A stretch of 53,638 bases of DNA. Origin: Bacteroidales bacterium. Its GTDB lineage: Bacteria; Bacteroidota; Bacteroidia; Bacteroidales; UBA1556. The notes beneath the pieces were generated by a model. It made no database searches and was not told the origin of the DNA. It worked only from the letters and a program-made list of their open reading frames with translations. Made by a program: the position numbers and the translations under genes. Each line of letters starts with the position of its first letter. Within the stretch, counting starts at the first letter, position 1. The DNA is taken from contig JAGLDA010000004.1 of the NCBI GenBank assembly GCA_023145955.1, positions 1 through 53,638 on the forward strand. The letters are read 5' to 3'. Below are positions 17,475 to 27,706 of the stretch, piece by piece.

Positions 17475-20400
17475 ATGAATTATAAAAATGCAGAAGTAGA
17501 TTTATTACGATTTAATATACTATTAAACAATCTAATAACTAAAGAACTTATACACAATAAGTTATACCTAAAAGCTTGCGAAATAATTTCTCATTGCAAG
17601 TATTTTGACAATGCATGGATTTATATAAAACAGGAAAATACTATATATTCTAGCAATAATAAAATCACCTATCTTGACGATAAATTAAGCAATAGTTGTT
17701 ATAGAGAAGTATTCGATACTGGTAGTATTGCTACTTCTATTAGCATAATAAATAGTGAAAAAAACTGCTTAATATCAAATAACAAAGCTAAATCATATAC
17801 AATTGGGTATCCTATAATAATTAATGATTTACAAATAGGAATAATTTCAGTTTCAGTTGTTTCGATTTCTATTGATAATAAACTAATTAGCGAAATTATA
17901 AATAATATTTCTAGTGATATTTCCAGTGCTATAATTTTAATTGGGAAAAACAATAATGCCGATTCAATAGAAAAAAGCTTTCAACTGGAAACACCTATAA
18001 TTGATTTTGAAAAAACCTATACAACAATTTTCAACAATGCTCCTGTGGGAATATCAATATTGAATAATAAAGGTATTATTACTAACTTAAATGCAAGGGA
18101 ATCTGAAATATTAGGGTATTCTTACAATGAAATAATCGGCAAGCACATTTCACATTTTATTCACAAAGATTTACAAAAAAACTTTAAGGATAATTTCGCA
18201 ATTTTCTTAAAAACAGGGAAAATTGAAGTAATAACTAAGTTAGTATCTAAAGACGGTAAGGAAATAAGAGTTAGTAGAGTTGCAAGTGCTGTAAAGGATA
18301 AGAATGGTGATATTATAAAAATAATAGTACATACTCAAGACATAAGCGAAGCCATAATTATTGACAAAGAACGCCATATGCTTAATCAAGCTATTGATCA
18401 TAGTCCTTCTATAATTGTGATTACCAATCTTGATAATAAGATTACTTATATAAATAAAAAGTTTACAGAAATAACGGGTTATTCATATGATGAAATACTT
18501 GGTAAAGAACCAACACTATTAAGAATTCTCAGCGAAAATTATTTTTCAAAGAAAGTATGGAAAACTCTTACTGCTAATAAAACATGGAAAGGCGAATTCA
18601 ATAATATAAAAAAGAATGGTGATTTATATTGGGAAAGGGCTGAGATATCGCCATTTTGTGATAAAAATGGCAAAAAAATTGGCTATATAAAAACCGCAGA
18701 GGAAATAACTTTATTAAAAAAGGTGGAGCATAAATTGAAAGAAACACTTAATAATTATAAACAAATATTTGAGTTATCACCTACTCCAATAATTATTCAT
18801 AAGAAAAGTGTTTTGTTAGAACTTAACCCTGCTGCGCTAAAATTATTATCTGGTGATAATAGTAATAAGGTTAATAAAAATCTTTTTATAGGAAAAGATA
18901 TAAGCTCTTTTGTAAAAAACAAAAACAAACAAGAGGTAATTGATTATCTTAGTAATATTACTACACCAATTATTACTAATCCTAAAACACAAAATACTAT
19001 ATATAATATCAAAGGTGAAAAAAGAATTATTGAATTGGCTGGAACTCCTATTCATTTTAATGATGGCACTTCAATTATGTCAGTATTTGAAGATATTACA
19101 AACCGATTGAATTGGACTAGAAAATTGCAGGACAGTGAAGTTAAATTTCGAAGTATTTTTGATACTAATCCTGATGCCATAAGTATAACAAGAATTTCAG
19201 ATGGTTTGATTATAGATGTTAATGATGGCTTCACTAATGTATGTAAGTATAGCCGCGACGAAATTATTGGGAAAAACGATAAAGAAATAGGTTTTTATCG
19301 TAATCCTAAAGATAGAAAAAAGATAATTTCTTTACTTAAGCAAAACAATAGAATAGATAGTAAAGAGATCGATTTCAAAACTAAAAATGGAAATATATTT
19401 ACTGCATTAGTCTCAGCAAGGGTGATAAAAATTAATAATGAGAAGGTTATATTATTTGTTTCTAGGGATATTACAGAAAGAAAACAGATTGAGCAAGAAT
19501 TACTAATAGCAAAAGAAAAAGCTGAAGAACATAATCTACTAAAAACAGCATTTTTAGCAAACATGTCTCATGAGATTCGTAATCCAATGAATGCAATTAT
19601 TGGATTTTCCGATTTGCTTAAAGATGATGATTTGACCAAAGCTGAAATACATAGATACGTAGATATTATACAATCTAAAGGTGATGATTTATTAGTGCTT
19701 ATTAATGACATTATTGATATATCAAAAATAGAATCAGGAGTATTAGAAGTTGACAATAAACCTTTAGATATTATTAGCATTATCTATAATGTTGAGAGAA
19801 ATTACAAGAATAGTTTTAATGCAAAAGAAAATCTTGATTTTATAATAAATACAGACTCAAGCAACTTATTTATTGATGCTGATATTACTAGAATCCATCA
19901 AGTATTCAATAATTTAATAGACAATGCCATTAAATTCACAAAAAGTGGTATTATTTCAATTACAACCCACAAAAGAGAAAACTCCATTGAAATAGTTGTC
20001 TCTGATACAGGAATAGGAATTGATAAATCCAAATTAGCAACTATTTTTGACAGATTTACCCAATTAGATAATACAAATACTGTATCTGGTGCTGGTTTAG
20101 GATTAAGTATAACAAAGAGCCTTGTTGAGTTAATGAATGGAGAAATAAGTGTAACATCTGAATTAAACCAAGGGACTAGTTTTACAATAACATTTCAAGA
20201 AACACAAAGCTGTTCTGATTCAACAAACAATACTTTTGGGCAAAAGTCATACGCTCAAGTAAAAGATTGCAATATCATTATTATTGACAAGGATAATAGC
20301 AACAAAGTACTGTATAACACATTCTTAAAGGATAAGAGAAATACAATCTCTTTTTACGACAATATATTAGATATTCGTGGCAATATTGCTGAAACAAAAG

Positions 20401-20609
20401 TTATACTACTCACTATTAATCAGAATAATGCAGCTTTCAATTCAAAGGTTGCAGAATTGAAAAACAATAATAAAGACTTGAAAATTATAGGAATATACTC
20501 ATCAAAATTACCAGAAAAACCAAATGAAAACATTGATGCCTATTTAATAAAGCCTGTTATAAAAGATATTCTTTGCGAAAAGGTTTCTAATTTATTGCTC
20601 AGTACATGA
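17475..20609 (+). CDS. multi-PAS sensor histidine kinase with C-terminal pseudo-receiver
   Basis: Four PAS-like modules (for example [50 protein letters not shown]). HisKA H-box [18 protein letters not shown] and HATPase N/G boxes ([24 protein letters not shown]). The C-terminal ~115 aa are receiver-like but lack the phospho-acceptor Asp. Confidence 0.85.
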   Translation: MNYKNAEVDLLRFNILLNNLITKELIHNKLYLKACEIISHCKYFDNAWIYIKQENTIYSSNNKITYLDDKLSNSCYREVFDTGSIATSISIINSEKNCLISNNKAKSYTIGYPIIINDLQIGIISVSVVSISIDNKLISEIINNISSDISSAIILIGKNNNADSIEKSFQLETPIIDFEKTYTTIFNNAPVGISILNNKGIITNLNARESEILGYSYNEIIGKHISHFIHKDLQKNFKDNFAIFLKTGKIEVITKLVSKDGKEIRVSRVASAVKDKNGDIIKIIVHTQDISEAIIIDKERHMLNQAIDHSPSIIVITNLDNKITYINKKFTEITGYSYDEILGKEPTLLRILSENYFSKKVWKTLTANKTWKGEFNNIKKNGDLYWERAEISPFCDKNGKKIGYIKTAEEITLLKKVEHKLKETLNNYKQIFELSPTPIIIHKKSVLLELNPAALKLLSGDNSNKVNKNLFIGKDISSFVKNKNKQEVIDYLSNITTPIITNPKTQNTIYNIKGEKRIIELAGTPIHFNDGTSIMSVFEDITNRLNWTRKLQDSEVKFRSIFDTNPDAISITRISDGLIIDVNDGFTNVCKYSRDEIIGKNDKEIGFYRNPKDRKKIISLLKQNNRIDSKEIDFKTKNGNIFTALVSARVIKINNEKVILFVSRDITERKQIEQELLIAKEKAEEHNLLKTAFLANMSHEIRNPMNAIIGFSDLLKDDDLTKAEIHRYVDIIQSKGDDLLVLINDIIDISKIESGVLEVDNKPLDIISIIYNVERNYKNSFNAKENLDFIINTDSSNLFIDADITRIHQVFNNLIDNAIKFTKSGIISITTHKRENSIEIVVSDTGIGIDKSKLATIFDRFTQLDNTNTVSGAGLGLSITKSLVELMNGEISVTSELNQGTSFTITFQETQSCSDSTNNTFGQKSYAQVKDCNIIIIDKDNSNKVLYNTFLKDKRNTISFYDNILDIRGNIAETKVILLTINQNNAAFNSKVAELKNNNKDLKIIGIYSSKLPEKPNENIDAYLIKPVIKDILCEKVSNLLLST

Positions 20610-20618
20610 CAATAATAA

Positions 20619-20714
20619 TTTTTAGACGCAGTTTGCACAGATTAATTATGATTAAAAAGATTTCAGCTTTGCTGAAATAAATCATATAAGATCATAATAA
20701 TCAGCGTCTAAAAA
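20619..20714. repeat. nested hairpin / inverted repeat in the kinase-ftsB intergenic region
   Basis: tttttagacgc (20619-20629) pairs with gcgtctaaaaa (20704-20714). The inner hairpin is tttcagc-tt-gctgaaa (20661-20677). An extra direct copy of gcgtcta sits at 20721-20727. Confidence 0.6.
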
Positions 20715-20893
20715 ATAATTGCGTCTAGTATTAAATCGGCTACTTTCAAGCGTATATTAAATATATTGATATATAATAGCCTAGAATAATTTCTTTTTCA
20801 GTATTTTATAATAAACATAATCTCAATTCATTAAGTGTCACTACTAATTGACGCTTAAAAAACTGTCATGTACTCAGAATTTATTAGAATAAA

Positions 20894-21190
20894 TTAGTCT
20901 ATTAATAAAAGATAAACATCTTCATTATCTTTCTTCATAAGGTAATGTTCACGGGCAAATTTCTCTAGATTTTCGTCATTAGACATTAATTCTTCTGCTC
21001 TTTTTTTGTCAGAAATAATCTGATCAGTATAAAACTTTTTTTCTTCTAATACCTTGGAAAGTTCTTTATTTAATTTACGGTGGGCAATAAAACTATTAGT
21101 ATCAAAAAAAAGCATAAATACTATAAAAACACTAATAGTAATTATATATTTATTCCAAACAATACCAAAAAATATCTTAGCCGATTCCAT
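20894..21190 (-). CDS. septum formation initiator (FtsB/DivIC-like)
   Basis: 98 aa with a single N-terminal TM, a coiled coil, then EKFAREHYLMKKDNEDVY, typical of the FtsB/DivIC family. Confidence 0.7.
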   Translation of the reverse strand: MESAKIFFGIVWNKYIITISVFIVFMLFFDTNSFIAHRKLNKELSKVLEEKKFYTDQIISDKKRAEELMSNDENLEKFAREHYLMKKDNEDVYLLLID

Positions 21191-21348
21191 TTTAATAAAT
21201 CTTTATTATAGCACAAATATCTAACGATTATCAAAACAAAACTTTAACAAATAATAATCTTTTCAACTTATAAATGTTAGTTGATAATAAGCAATTGTAA
21301 AAGGCCTATTTTTGAAGTATAATTAACAAAAGAGTATATATTAAAAGC

Positions 21349-21356
21349 TAATTTTG
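21349..21356 (+). promoter_or_regulatory. candidate -7 box TAatTTTG upstream of buk
   Basis: taattttg lies 34 nt upstream of the ATG at 21390. Confidence 0.3.
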
Positions 21357-21389
21357 CACCATTATTAATAACAAGACACCTACATTACG

Positions 21390-22463
21390 ATGAATGAATT
21401 AATATTAGCTATAAATCCAGGCTCAACTTCAACCAAAATAGCCATTTACAAAAGAAGCAATAGGATTTTTATAAAATCTATTTCACATTCATCAGAAGAG
21501 CTTAAACAATTCTCAAATATTGCATCTCAATTTGAGTTTAGAATGAGAATTATTCTTAATGAAATACATGATGCTGATATAGAAATAAATAACATTACAA
21601 TTGTAATGGGTCGAGGTGGCTTGGTAAAACCAATTCCTTCTGGGGTATATGCAGTAAATGATGCACTTATTAAGGATCTTGAAAAAGGTGTAATGGGGCA
21701 ACATGCTAGTAACCTAGGCGGACTTATTGCTCACGAAATTGCTAAGAATTTACCCTCAGCCAAAGCATATATAGTAGACCCAGTAGTTGTTGATGAGTTT
21801 GAAGAATTAGCTCGCTTATCAGGGCATCCACTTTTTGAGAGAAAATCAATTTTTCATGCACTAAATCAGAAAGCTATTGCGAGAAACCATGCAAAAACCC
21901 ATCATTTAGAATATAATGAACTTAACCTTATTGTTGCTCATATGGGTGGTGGCATAAGCGTCGGAGCCCATAAAAGAGGTAAAGTAATAGATGTAAATCA
22001 AGCTCTTGATGGCGATGGACCATACTCTCCAGAGCGATCAGGAAGCCTTCCTATTGGCGCTGTAGTTGAAGCATGCTTTAGCGATGATTATTCTAAAGAT
22101 GAAATAAAGAAAATGATTGTTGGCAAGGGAGGTTATATGGCTTATTTAAATACCAATGATGCTTATGCGGTAGAAACAGCTAGTAAAAATGGCGACAAAA
22201 AAGCTGCTTTAATAGAAGAAGGTATGGCCTATCAAGTAGCAAAAGAGATTGGTGCTATGGCTACTGTGCTTGAAGGCAATGTAAATGCAATACTACTAAC
22301 AGGAGGAATTGCTTATGGCAAACCATTTATTGATATGCTTAATAAACGAATTCAGCATATTGCACGCATATTTGTTTATCCTGGAGAAGATGAAATGAAA
22401 GCTCTTGCAATGAACGGACTGAGAGTAATTAAAAATGAAACAGAAGTATTAGAGTATAAATAA
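21390..22463 (+). CDS. buk: butyrate (branched-chain acyl) kinase
   Basis: ILAINPGSTSTKIAIY ASKHA N-terminal motif. Size is 357 aa. VAHMGGGISVGAH and LLTGGIAY motifs. Confidence 0.85.
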   Translation: MNELILAINPGSTSTKIAIYKRSNRIFIKSISHSSEELKQFSNIASQFEFRMRIILNEIHDADIEINNITIVMGRGGLVKPIPSGVYAVNDALIKDLEKGVMGQHASNLGGLIAHEIAKNLPSAKAYIVDPVVVDEFEELARLSGHPLFERKSIFHALNQKAIARNHAKTHHLEYNELNLIVAHMGGGISVGAHKRGKVIDVNQALDGDGPYSPERSGSLPIGAVVEACFSDDYSKDEIKKMIVGKGGYMAYLNTNDAYAVETASKNGDKKAALIEEGMAYQVAKEIGAMATVLEGNVNAILLTGGIAYGKPFIDMLNKRIQHIARIFVYPGEDEMKALAMNGLRVIKNETEVLEYK

Positions 22464-22804
22464 ACATCTATAAGGTTAAAATACCGTATTAATACTCTAT
22501 TTATCAGCATATTAACATAATCGCATCAAATAATCTTTTAATCTAATATCCAAATACAATTACACACTCCTTTATATAAAAATAAAGATTTGTTATTAAC
22601 ACCATTTAACTTTTATAACTAATATAACTTTTTAAATTTGCGTTTAATATTAGCAACTTTATTATTAAGTAATTTCCAAATTATTAATAATAAGAAATCT
22701 TATATAAATAATTATTAATTATTCTACTATCATAATATATTTAAGTAAATAATTACCTTATTTATGTAACTAATAATTAAACATTACGTACTTTTAGAGT
22801 ACTA

Positions 22805-22812
22805 TAATTTTG
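22805..22812 (+). promoter_or_regulatory. candidate -7 box TAatTTTG upstream of htrA
   Basis: taattttg lies 29 nt upstream of the ATG at 22841. Confidence 0.35.
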
Positions 22813-22840
22813 ATATTAACTAAGTTATAAATTATTTTTA

Positions 22841-24298
22841 ATGAAAGAGATCCTAAAATTATTATCTATTGCAATTATCGGCGGACTAGTAGTAGTTGGC
22901 ATTCAACAGTTTACCATCAACGATACTGTAATACAAACAGATAACGTTATTAAAAGTGAACAAATTATTAACCTACCTACACAGGCGGTTAATAATACTG
23001 CTTTAACAAAAAACTCTTATTCTAGCCCTGAACTTAAAGATGCTGCAAATAGCACATTACATGCAGTTGTATATATATTAACTGAATTTTCACGTAAAAG
23101 TAGTGTTTACGATGATTATTTTAGTTTAAATGATTTCTTTGGAAACAGAAGCAATTCCGTTCTTAAGGCATCAGGCTCAGGTGTTATTATATCATCAGAT
23201 GGGTATATAGTAACAAATAATCATGTTGTACAAGAGGCTGATAAAATTACTATTACATTAAATGATAAAAGAGTATATAATGCAAAAGTTATAGGCACCG
23301 ACCCTACTACAGATTTAGCTCTATTAAAAATTGAAGAAGAAAGCCTGGAGTTTTTAACTTATGGTGATTCTGACGAATTAGAGATTGGTGATTGGGTATT
23401 GGCTGTTGGCAACCCTTTTAATTTAACATCCACAGTAACAGCAGGTATAATAAGTGCAAAAGCAAGAAATATTAATATACTGGGCTCCAATTCAGCAATA
23501 GAGTCTTTTTTGCAAACTGATGCCGTAGTTAATCCTGGCAACTCAGGCGGAGCATTAGTTGACACAGATGGCAAACTTGTTGGAATTAATGCAGCTATAG
23601 CCTCCCGTACTGGAAGTTATATTGGATATTCATTTGCAATTCCTGTAACTATTGTAAAGAAAGTAATAAAGGATTTGAAAGAGTTTGGAAGAGTTCAAAG
23701 GGCATTTATAGGTGTAACTATTGAAGAGGTAGATGCAAAATTAGCTAAGAAACTTAATCTTGACAAAATTACTGGTGTATATGTAAAAACTGTATTAGAT
23801 AAAGGTGCGGCAAAACAATCAGGAATTGAGGCCGGAGATATTATTCTTAAGGTAGAAGGAGTGGAAATAAATAGTACTTCCGAATTACTCGAAAGAATAG
23901 GATTACATCGTCCTGGAAACAAAATTAAACTTGATATTATACATAATCAGAAAGTTAAAGAGTATGATGTAGTATTAACAAATGCTAATGGCGAAACAAA
24001 ACTTGATGACAAATCATATATGGACAATATGCAACGCACAGGAGCTAAGTTCAATGAAATTTCAAGTTCATTAAAAGAAAGTCTTCATATAAATTATGGA
24101 GTACAAGTTATTAGTGTAGAAAGTGGATTATTTAAATCAGCAGGTATTAGAGCAGGCTTTATTATTCAATCTATAGACAAAACAAAGGTTTCTACAACAA
24201 AAGAAGTAGAGGATGCACTTAAAAATACTTCAGGTGGTATATTAATTGAAGGATTATATCCAAATGGAGTTAGAGCCTATTATGGAATTGGTATTTAA
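22841..24298 (+). CDS. htrA: periplasmic serine endoprotease HtrA/DegQ family with two PDZ domains
   Basis: N-terminal TM/signal. Catalytic triad context TNNHVV, DLALLKI and GNSGGALV. Two PDZ-like segments (GVYVKTVLDKGAAKQSGIEAGDIIL, GVQVISVESGLFKSAGIRAGFII). Confidence 0.85.
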   Translation: MKEILKLLSIAIIGGLVVVGIQQFTINDTVIQTDNVIKSEQIINLPTQAVNNTALTKNSYSSPELKDAANSTLHAVVYILTEFSRKSSVYDDYFSLNDFFGNRSNSVLKASGSGVIISSDGYIVTNNHVVQEADKITITLNDKRVYNAKVIGTDPTTDLALLKIEEESLEFLTYGDSDELEIGDWVLAVGNPFNLTSTVTAGIISAKARNINILGSNSAIESFLQTDAVVNPGNSGGALVDTDGKLVGINAAIASRTGSYIGYSFAIPVTIVKKVIKDLKEFGRVQRAFIGVTIEEVDAKLAKKLNLDKITGVYVKTVLDKGAAKQSGIEAGDIILKVEGVEINSTSELLERIGLHRPGNKIKLDIIHNQKVKEYDVVLTNANGETKLDDKSYMDNMQRTGAKFNEISSSLKESLHINYGVQVISVESGLFKSAGIRAGFIIQSIDKTKVSTTKEVEDALKNTSGGILIEGLYPNGVRAYYGIGI

Positions 24299-24326
24299 AA
24301 AAAAATATACAATAAACGGTAATATA

Positions 24327-24358
24327 TTTGGATTTTAATTTTTAATTTCTTAAGTTTG
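24327..24358 (+). promoter_or_regulatory. Bacteroidota sigma-A promoter for rpoD (-33 TTTG, 20-nt spacer, -7 TAagTTTG)
   Basis: TTTG at 24327-24330 and TAAGTTTG at 24351-24358. About 100 nt upstream of the rpoD ATG. Confidence 0.5.
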
Positions 24359-24457
24359 CCTACACTAAGGCAATAGAAAAAAATAATTTTAATTACAAAT
24401 CATTTATTACTTACCAAACAAATAGATTTATCAAATAGTAAATAATAATATTTATAT

Positions 24458-25324
24458 ATGAGACAGTTAAAAATAACTAAATCGATTACTAATAGACAAA
24501 CCGCATCTCTTGACAAATATTTACAAGATATTGGTCGTGAAGATTTGATTACTGCAGATGAAGAAGTGAGATTAGCTCAACTTATTCGCAAAGGTGATCA
24601 AAGGGCTTTAGATAAGCTTACAAAGGCAAATCTAAGATTCGTTGTTTCTGTTGCAAAGCAGTATCAAAACCAAGGTTTAAGTCTTCCTGATTTGATTAAC
24701 GAAGGTAATTTAGGTCTTATAAAAGCTGCCAAGCGATTTGATGAAACTAGAGGTTTTAAATTTATCTCTTATGCTGTATGGTGGATTCGTCAATCAATAC
24801 TGCAAGCACTGGCTGAGCAATCACGAATAGTTCGTCTTCCTCTAAATCAGGTAGGCTCACTAAATAGAATAAATAAAGCATCAGCAAAAATGGAGCAAGA
24901 GCTTGGTCGCCCTCCTACCGCTACAGAATTGGCAGAGGAGCTTGATTTACCAATCTATAAAATTAAAGCTTCTCAAAAAATGCACTCACGACATGTATCC
25001 GTTGATGCACCTCTTATGGAAGGTGAAACTTCAAGCATGTTAGATGTAATGATAAACAACGAAGACCCTAGTACCGATACCGATCTTATTAAAGAATCTC
25101 TAGGTCAGGAAATTGCTCGTTCGTTAAGCACTCTTAGCGAAAAAGAGAGAGATGTAATAAATCTATATTATGGAATTGGACATGGACATAGTTGGACTTT
25201 AGATGAGATAGGAATAAAGTTTGGTTTGACGCGTGAAAGAGTGCGTCAGATAAAAGAAAAAGCTATTAGAAGACTTAAACATAACTCTAGAAGCAAACTA
25301 TTAAAAACATATCTAGGGCAATAA
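24458..25324 (+). CDS. rpoD: primary RNA polymerase sigma factor (Bacteroidota sigma-A)
   Basis: 288 aa lacking region 1.1. Region 2 reads [38 protein letters not shown] and region 4.2 reads [27 protein letters not shown]. Confidence 0.9.
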   Translation: MRQLKITKSITNRQTASLDKYLQDIGREDLITADEEVRLAQLIRKGDQRALDKLTKANLRFVVSVAKQYQNQGLSLPDLINEGNLGLIKAAKRFDETRGFKFISYAVWWIRQSILQALAEQSRIVRLPLNQVGSLNRINKASAKMEQELGRPPTATELAEELDLPIYKIKASQKMHSRHVSVDAPLMEGETSSMLDVMINNEDPSTDTDLIKESLGQEIARSLSTLSEKERDVINLYYGIGHGHSWTLDEIGIKFGLTRERVRQIKEKAIRRLKHNSRSKLLKTYLGQ

Positions 25325-25347
25325 ACACATGTTTTTTTTATTAGTAG

Positions 25348-25390
25348 AAAGAGGTTTTTTCAATATCCGTTGAATAAACCTCTTTTTTTT
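25348..25390 (+). terminator. rho-independent terminator after rpoD
   Basis: aaagaggttt (25348-25357) / aaacctcttt (25376-25385), with inner ttcaa/ttgaa pairing, running into a T-tract that extends to 25390. Confidence 0.7.
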
Positions 25391-25392
25391 AT

Positions 25393-25962
25393 TTAAGCTC
25401 TTTCTACTTCAAGAATATAGCTATTCTCTCCTACTCCTTTTGAAATATATAATAATGACAAAATTGAAATATAGTGCCCTATATCATTAGCTGTAAGATA
25501 TACAGGGTGTAAATCCACTTTTAAAACCACAATAACTGCTGAAACAATTGATATTAAAATCCCTATAGATATTTTATTAGATACGTTTTTCAGATAGAAC
25601 ATATTACCTACTACTACAAAGCCTAATAAACTAATTGCAATATCAATAACCATATAAAGAAATTGGGTATAGGTAATAGCAAGTGATAAAAAAATGACTG
25701 ATTTAAGAACAAAAAATAAATTTAATGATTTAGAATAAAATCTTTCGTAAGTGGCCAATTGAGCAAATATTAACGAAGCCGACAATATTGCCCATGAAAT
25801 AAATCTAAACTGTTGACCAACCAAAATTCCACCATGAAATGCCGCACCAACAATTGCAGATATTCCCATAAATAAAAAGAAAAGGCTCCAGTTTTTACTC
25901 AAAGGTTTACTTTGATAAAAGAAATAAAAAGCAAATATGCTTAGGATAAAATCACTAATCAT
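25393..25962 (-). CDS. hypothetical polytopic membrane protein
   Basis: 189 aa with 6-7 hydrophobic segments. No recognisable motif. Confidence 0.5.
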   Translation of the reverse strand: MISDFILSIFAFYFFYQSKPLSKNWSLFFLFMGISAIVGAAFHGGILVGQQFRFISWAILSASLIFAQLATYERFYSKSLNLFFVLKSVIFLSLAITYTQFLYMVIDIAISLLGFVVVGNMFYLKNVSNKISIGILISIVSAVIVVLKVDLHPVYLTANDIGHYISILSLLYISKGVGENSYILEVERA

Positions 25963-26049
25963 TTAGTATGTAATTTAATGAAATATATAATGAAATAATT
26001 AATATATATTAAGTGCAAAAGTATAATAAAAAGCCTAGTAAATAATATG

Positions 26050-26057
26050 TATTTTTG
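26050..26057 (+). promoter_or_regulatory. candidate -7 box TAttTTTG upstream of ORF 26080
   Basis: tatttttg lies 23 nt upstream of the ATG at 26080. Confidence 0.3.
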
Positions 26058-26079
26058 AATCCATTATAAAAGTAAATTT

Positions 26080-26604
26080 ATGAGCGTAAAAAAACATTTA
26101 GAAGACTTTCTTTTAAATAATCTTTCCAAAGATAATATTACACAAATTGTTGACAATAATAAAGTTAACCAAGATATAATTGATGAACTTTGGAAAATTA
26201 GTATAGCAAATACTCATCCAAAATCATGGAGAGCTGCGTGGATGTTATACCATTTATTAAGTAATGGAAATAAAGAATTTATACGTCCTTATTTGCACAG
26301 CATGCTTGACCTATTGGGGACCTTTACCCATAATGGACAGAAACGTGAAATTTTAAAAATTATCCTTCTCTTTGATGTTAGAGAAATAGAAATGGGAAAA
26401 GCTATAAATATCTGTTTTGATATTATGCTTAATCCGCAAGAAGCTCTTGCTGTACGAGTACATGCAATGCAGTTAATCTTTAATATATGCCAAGTTGAAC
26501 CCGAGTTAAAATCAGAGTTAAAAGACAGTATTGAGATTATTATACTTGAGGATTCAGCTGCAATTAGAGGTAGAGGCAAACAATTATTAAAAAAACTAAA
26601 GTAA
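26080..26604 (+). CDS. hypothetical HEAT/ARM-like helical-repeat protein (AlkD-like fold suspected)
   Basis: 174 aa, predicted all-helical. SWRAAWMLYHL and AVRVHAMQLIFNI are reminiscent of HEAT-repeat DNA-alkylation-repair-like proteins. Weak call. Confidence 0.35.
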   Translation: MSVKKHLEDFLLNNLSKDNITQIVDNNKVNQDIIDELWKISIANTHPKSWRAAWMLYHLLSNGNKEFIRPYLHSMLDLLGTFTHNGQKREILKIILLFDVREIEMGKAINICFDIMLNPQEALAVRVHAMQLIFNICQVEPELKSELKDSIEIIILEDSAAIRGRGKQLLKKLK

Positions 26605-26614
26605 TTATATAGAC

Positions 26615-27694
26615 TTAATAAAGCCTTATTCGGGGGTCTAAATAAGCGTATAGTATATCCACAAGAATATTAATTATAACAAGGATAACAGAAATAAACA
26701 TTACAGCACCCATTACTACAGGAAAATCATATTTATTAAGAGCATCAACAATAGCAACCCCTACTCCCTTCCAATCGAATACAAACTCCACAAAAACAGC
26801 ACCTGCCATAAGTGAAGCTAGCCATCCCGAGATTGCAGTTATAACAGGGTTTAGAGCATTTTTCATAGCATGCTTCATTAATACATTATATTTGGAAAGA
26901 CCTTTAGCCTTTGCTGTACGAATATAGTCCTGCGACAAAACTTCTAATAAAGAACTACGAGTAAGCTCCACAACTATTGCCAGAGGCCTTATTCCCAAAA
27001 CCACAGCAGGAAGAATAAGATTCTTTAGATTTACATACTCACCACGTCCAAAATCATCTACAGAATATAAGCTCCCAAACATACTTAGTCCAGTATATTC
27101 TTCTAGCACAAATGCAAAAAACCATGCAAATAGGATTGCCGCAAAGAAACTAGGAATTGACATTCCTGACACACTCAATACTAATGCAATCTTATCAAAC
27201 CACGTATCTTTATATATTGCCGATAATATCCCTATTATTATTCCAATAAACAGCGCCATTGAAACGGCAACTATTGCTAATAATGCTGTTTTAGGAAAAG
27301 CTTCAAAAAGAATATCTGATACTAAGCGAGAATTTTGATATGAGCGGCGCAAATAAGGGCTTTTAACTATCACACCAATTTCTCCAATAGTAATAAAGGG
27401 AGAAATTTCTCCATATTTTTTAGGATTTAAATACCAAAAACTTTCAGACTTACTCACATTATGAAATGAAACAACGGATAAGTCATTTATATAATTAAGA
27501 TACTGAATACCTAGGGACTTATCTCTTCCTAAATCATGATTAATAGCTGCCACAGATGCGCTATCTGCTCTTTGACCCAGCATCATACGAGCAGGGTCTC
27601 CAGGCAATACATTAAATAGCAAAAACACTACCGTTACAACACCCCAGAGTACTAGGAAGCCATAAAAAAGGCGCTTTAGAATAAAAGTTATCAC
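26615..27694 (-). CDS. ABC transporter permease, DppB/OppB-like (orphan: no partner ABC genes nearby)
   Basis: MITFILKRLFYGFLVLWGVVTVVF N-terminus. YIRTAKAKGLSKYNVLMKHAMKNAL is the EAA-loop region typical of OppB/DppB. GTG start. Confidence 0.75.
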   Translation of the reverse strand: MITFILKRLFYGFLVLWGVVTVVFLLFNVLPGDPARMMLGQRADSASVAAINHDLGRDKSLGIQYLNYINDLSVVSFHNVSKSESFWYLNPKKYGEISPFITIGEIGVIVKSPYLRRSYQNSRLVSDILFEAFPKTALLAIVAVSMALFIGIIIGILSAIYKDTWFDKIALVLSVSGMSIPSFFAAILFAWFFAFVLEEYTGLSMFGSLYSVDDFGRGEYVNLKNLILPAVVLGIRPLAIVVELTRSSLLEVLSQDYIRTAKAKGLSKYNVLMKHAMKNALNPVITAISGWLASLMAGAVFVEFVFDWKGVGVAIVDALNKYDFPVVMGAVMFISVILVIINILVDILYAYLDPRIRLY

Positions 27695-27706
27695 TATTAA
27701 ATAAAT

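Noticed and set aside
20601-20874. 10-bp perfect inverted repeat agtacatgac / gtcatgtact flanking the whole kinase-ftsB spacer, considered as MITE terminal inverted repeats
   Set aside because: The left arm lies inside the kinase coding sequence and contains its stop codon. Only 13 of 15 positions match when extended, no target-site duplication is visible, and a 10-mer inverted match in about 300 bp of biased sequence has a non-negligible chance expectation.
22464-22840. 377-bp, very AT-rich spacer upstream of htrA with many short AT palindromes, considered as riboswitch, sRNA or origin-like region
   Set aside because: There are no G+C-containing conserved cores, DnaA-box-like motifs or stable long-range pairing. 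The palindromes are what an approximately 18% GC sequence produces by chance. Only the proximal TAatTTTG box is retained.
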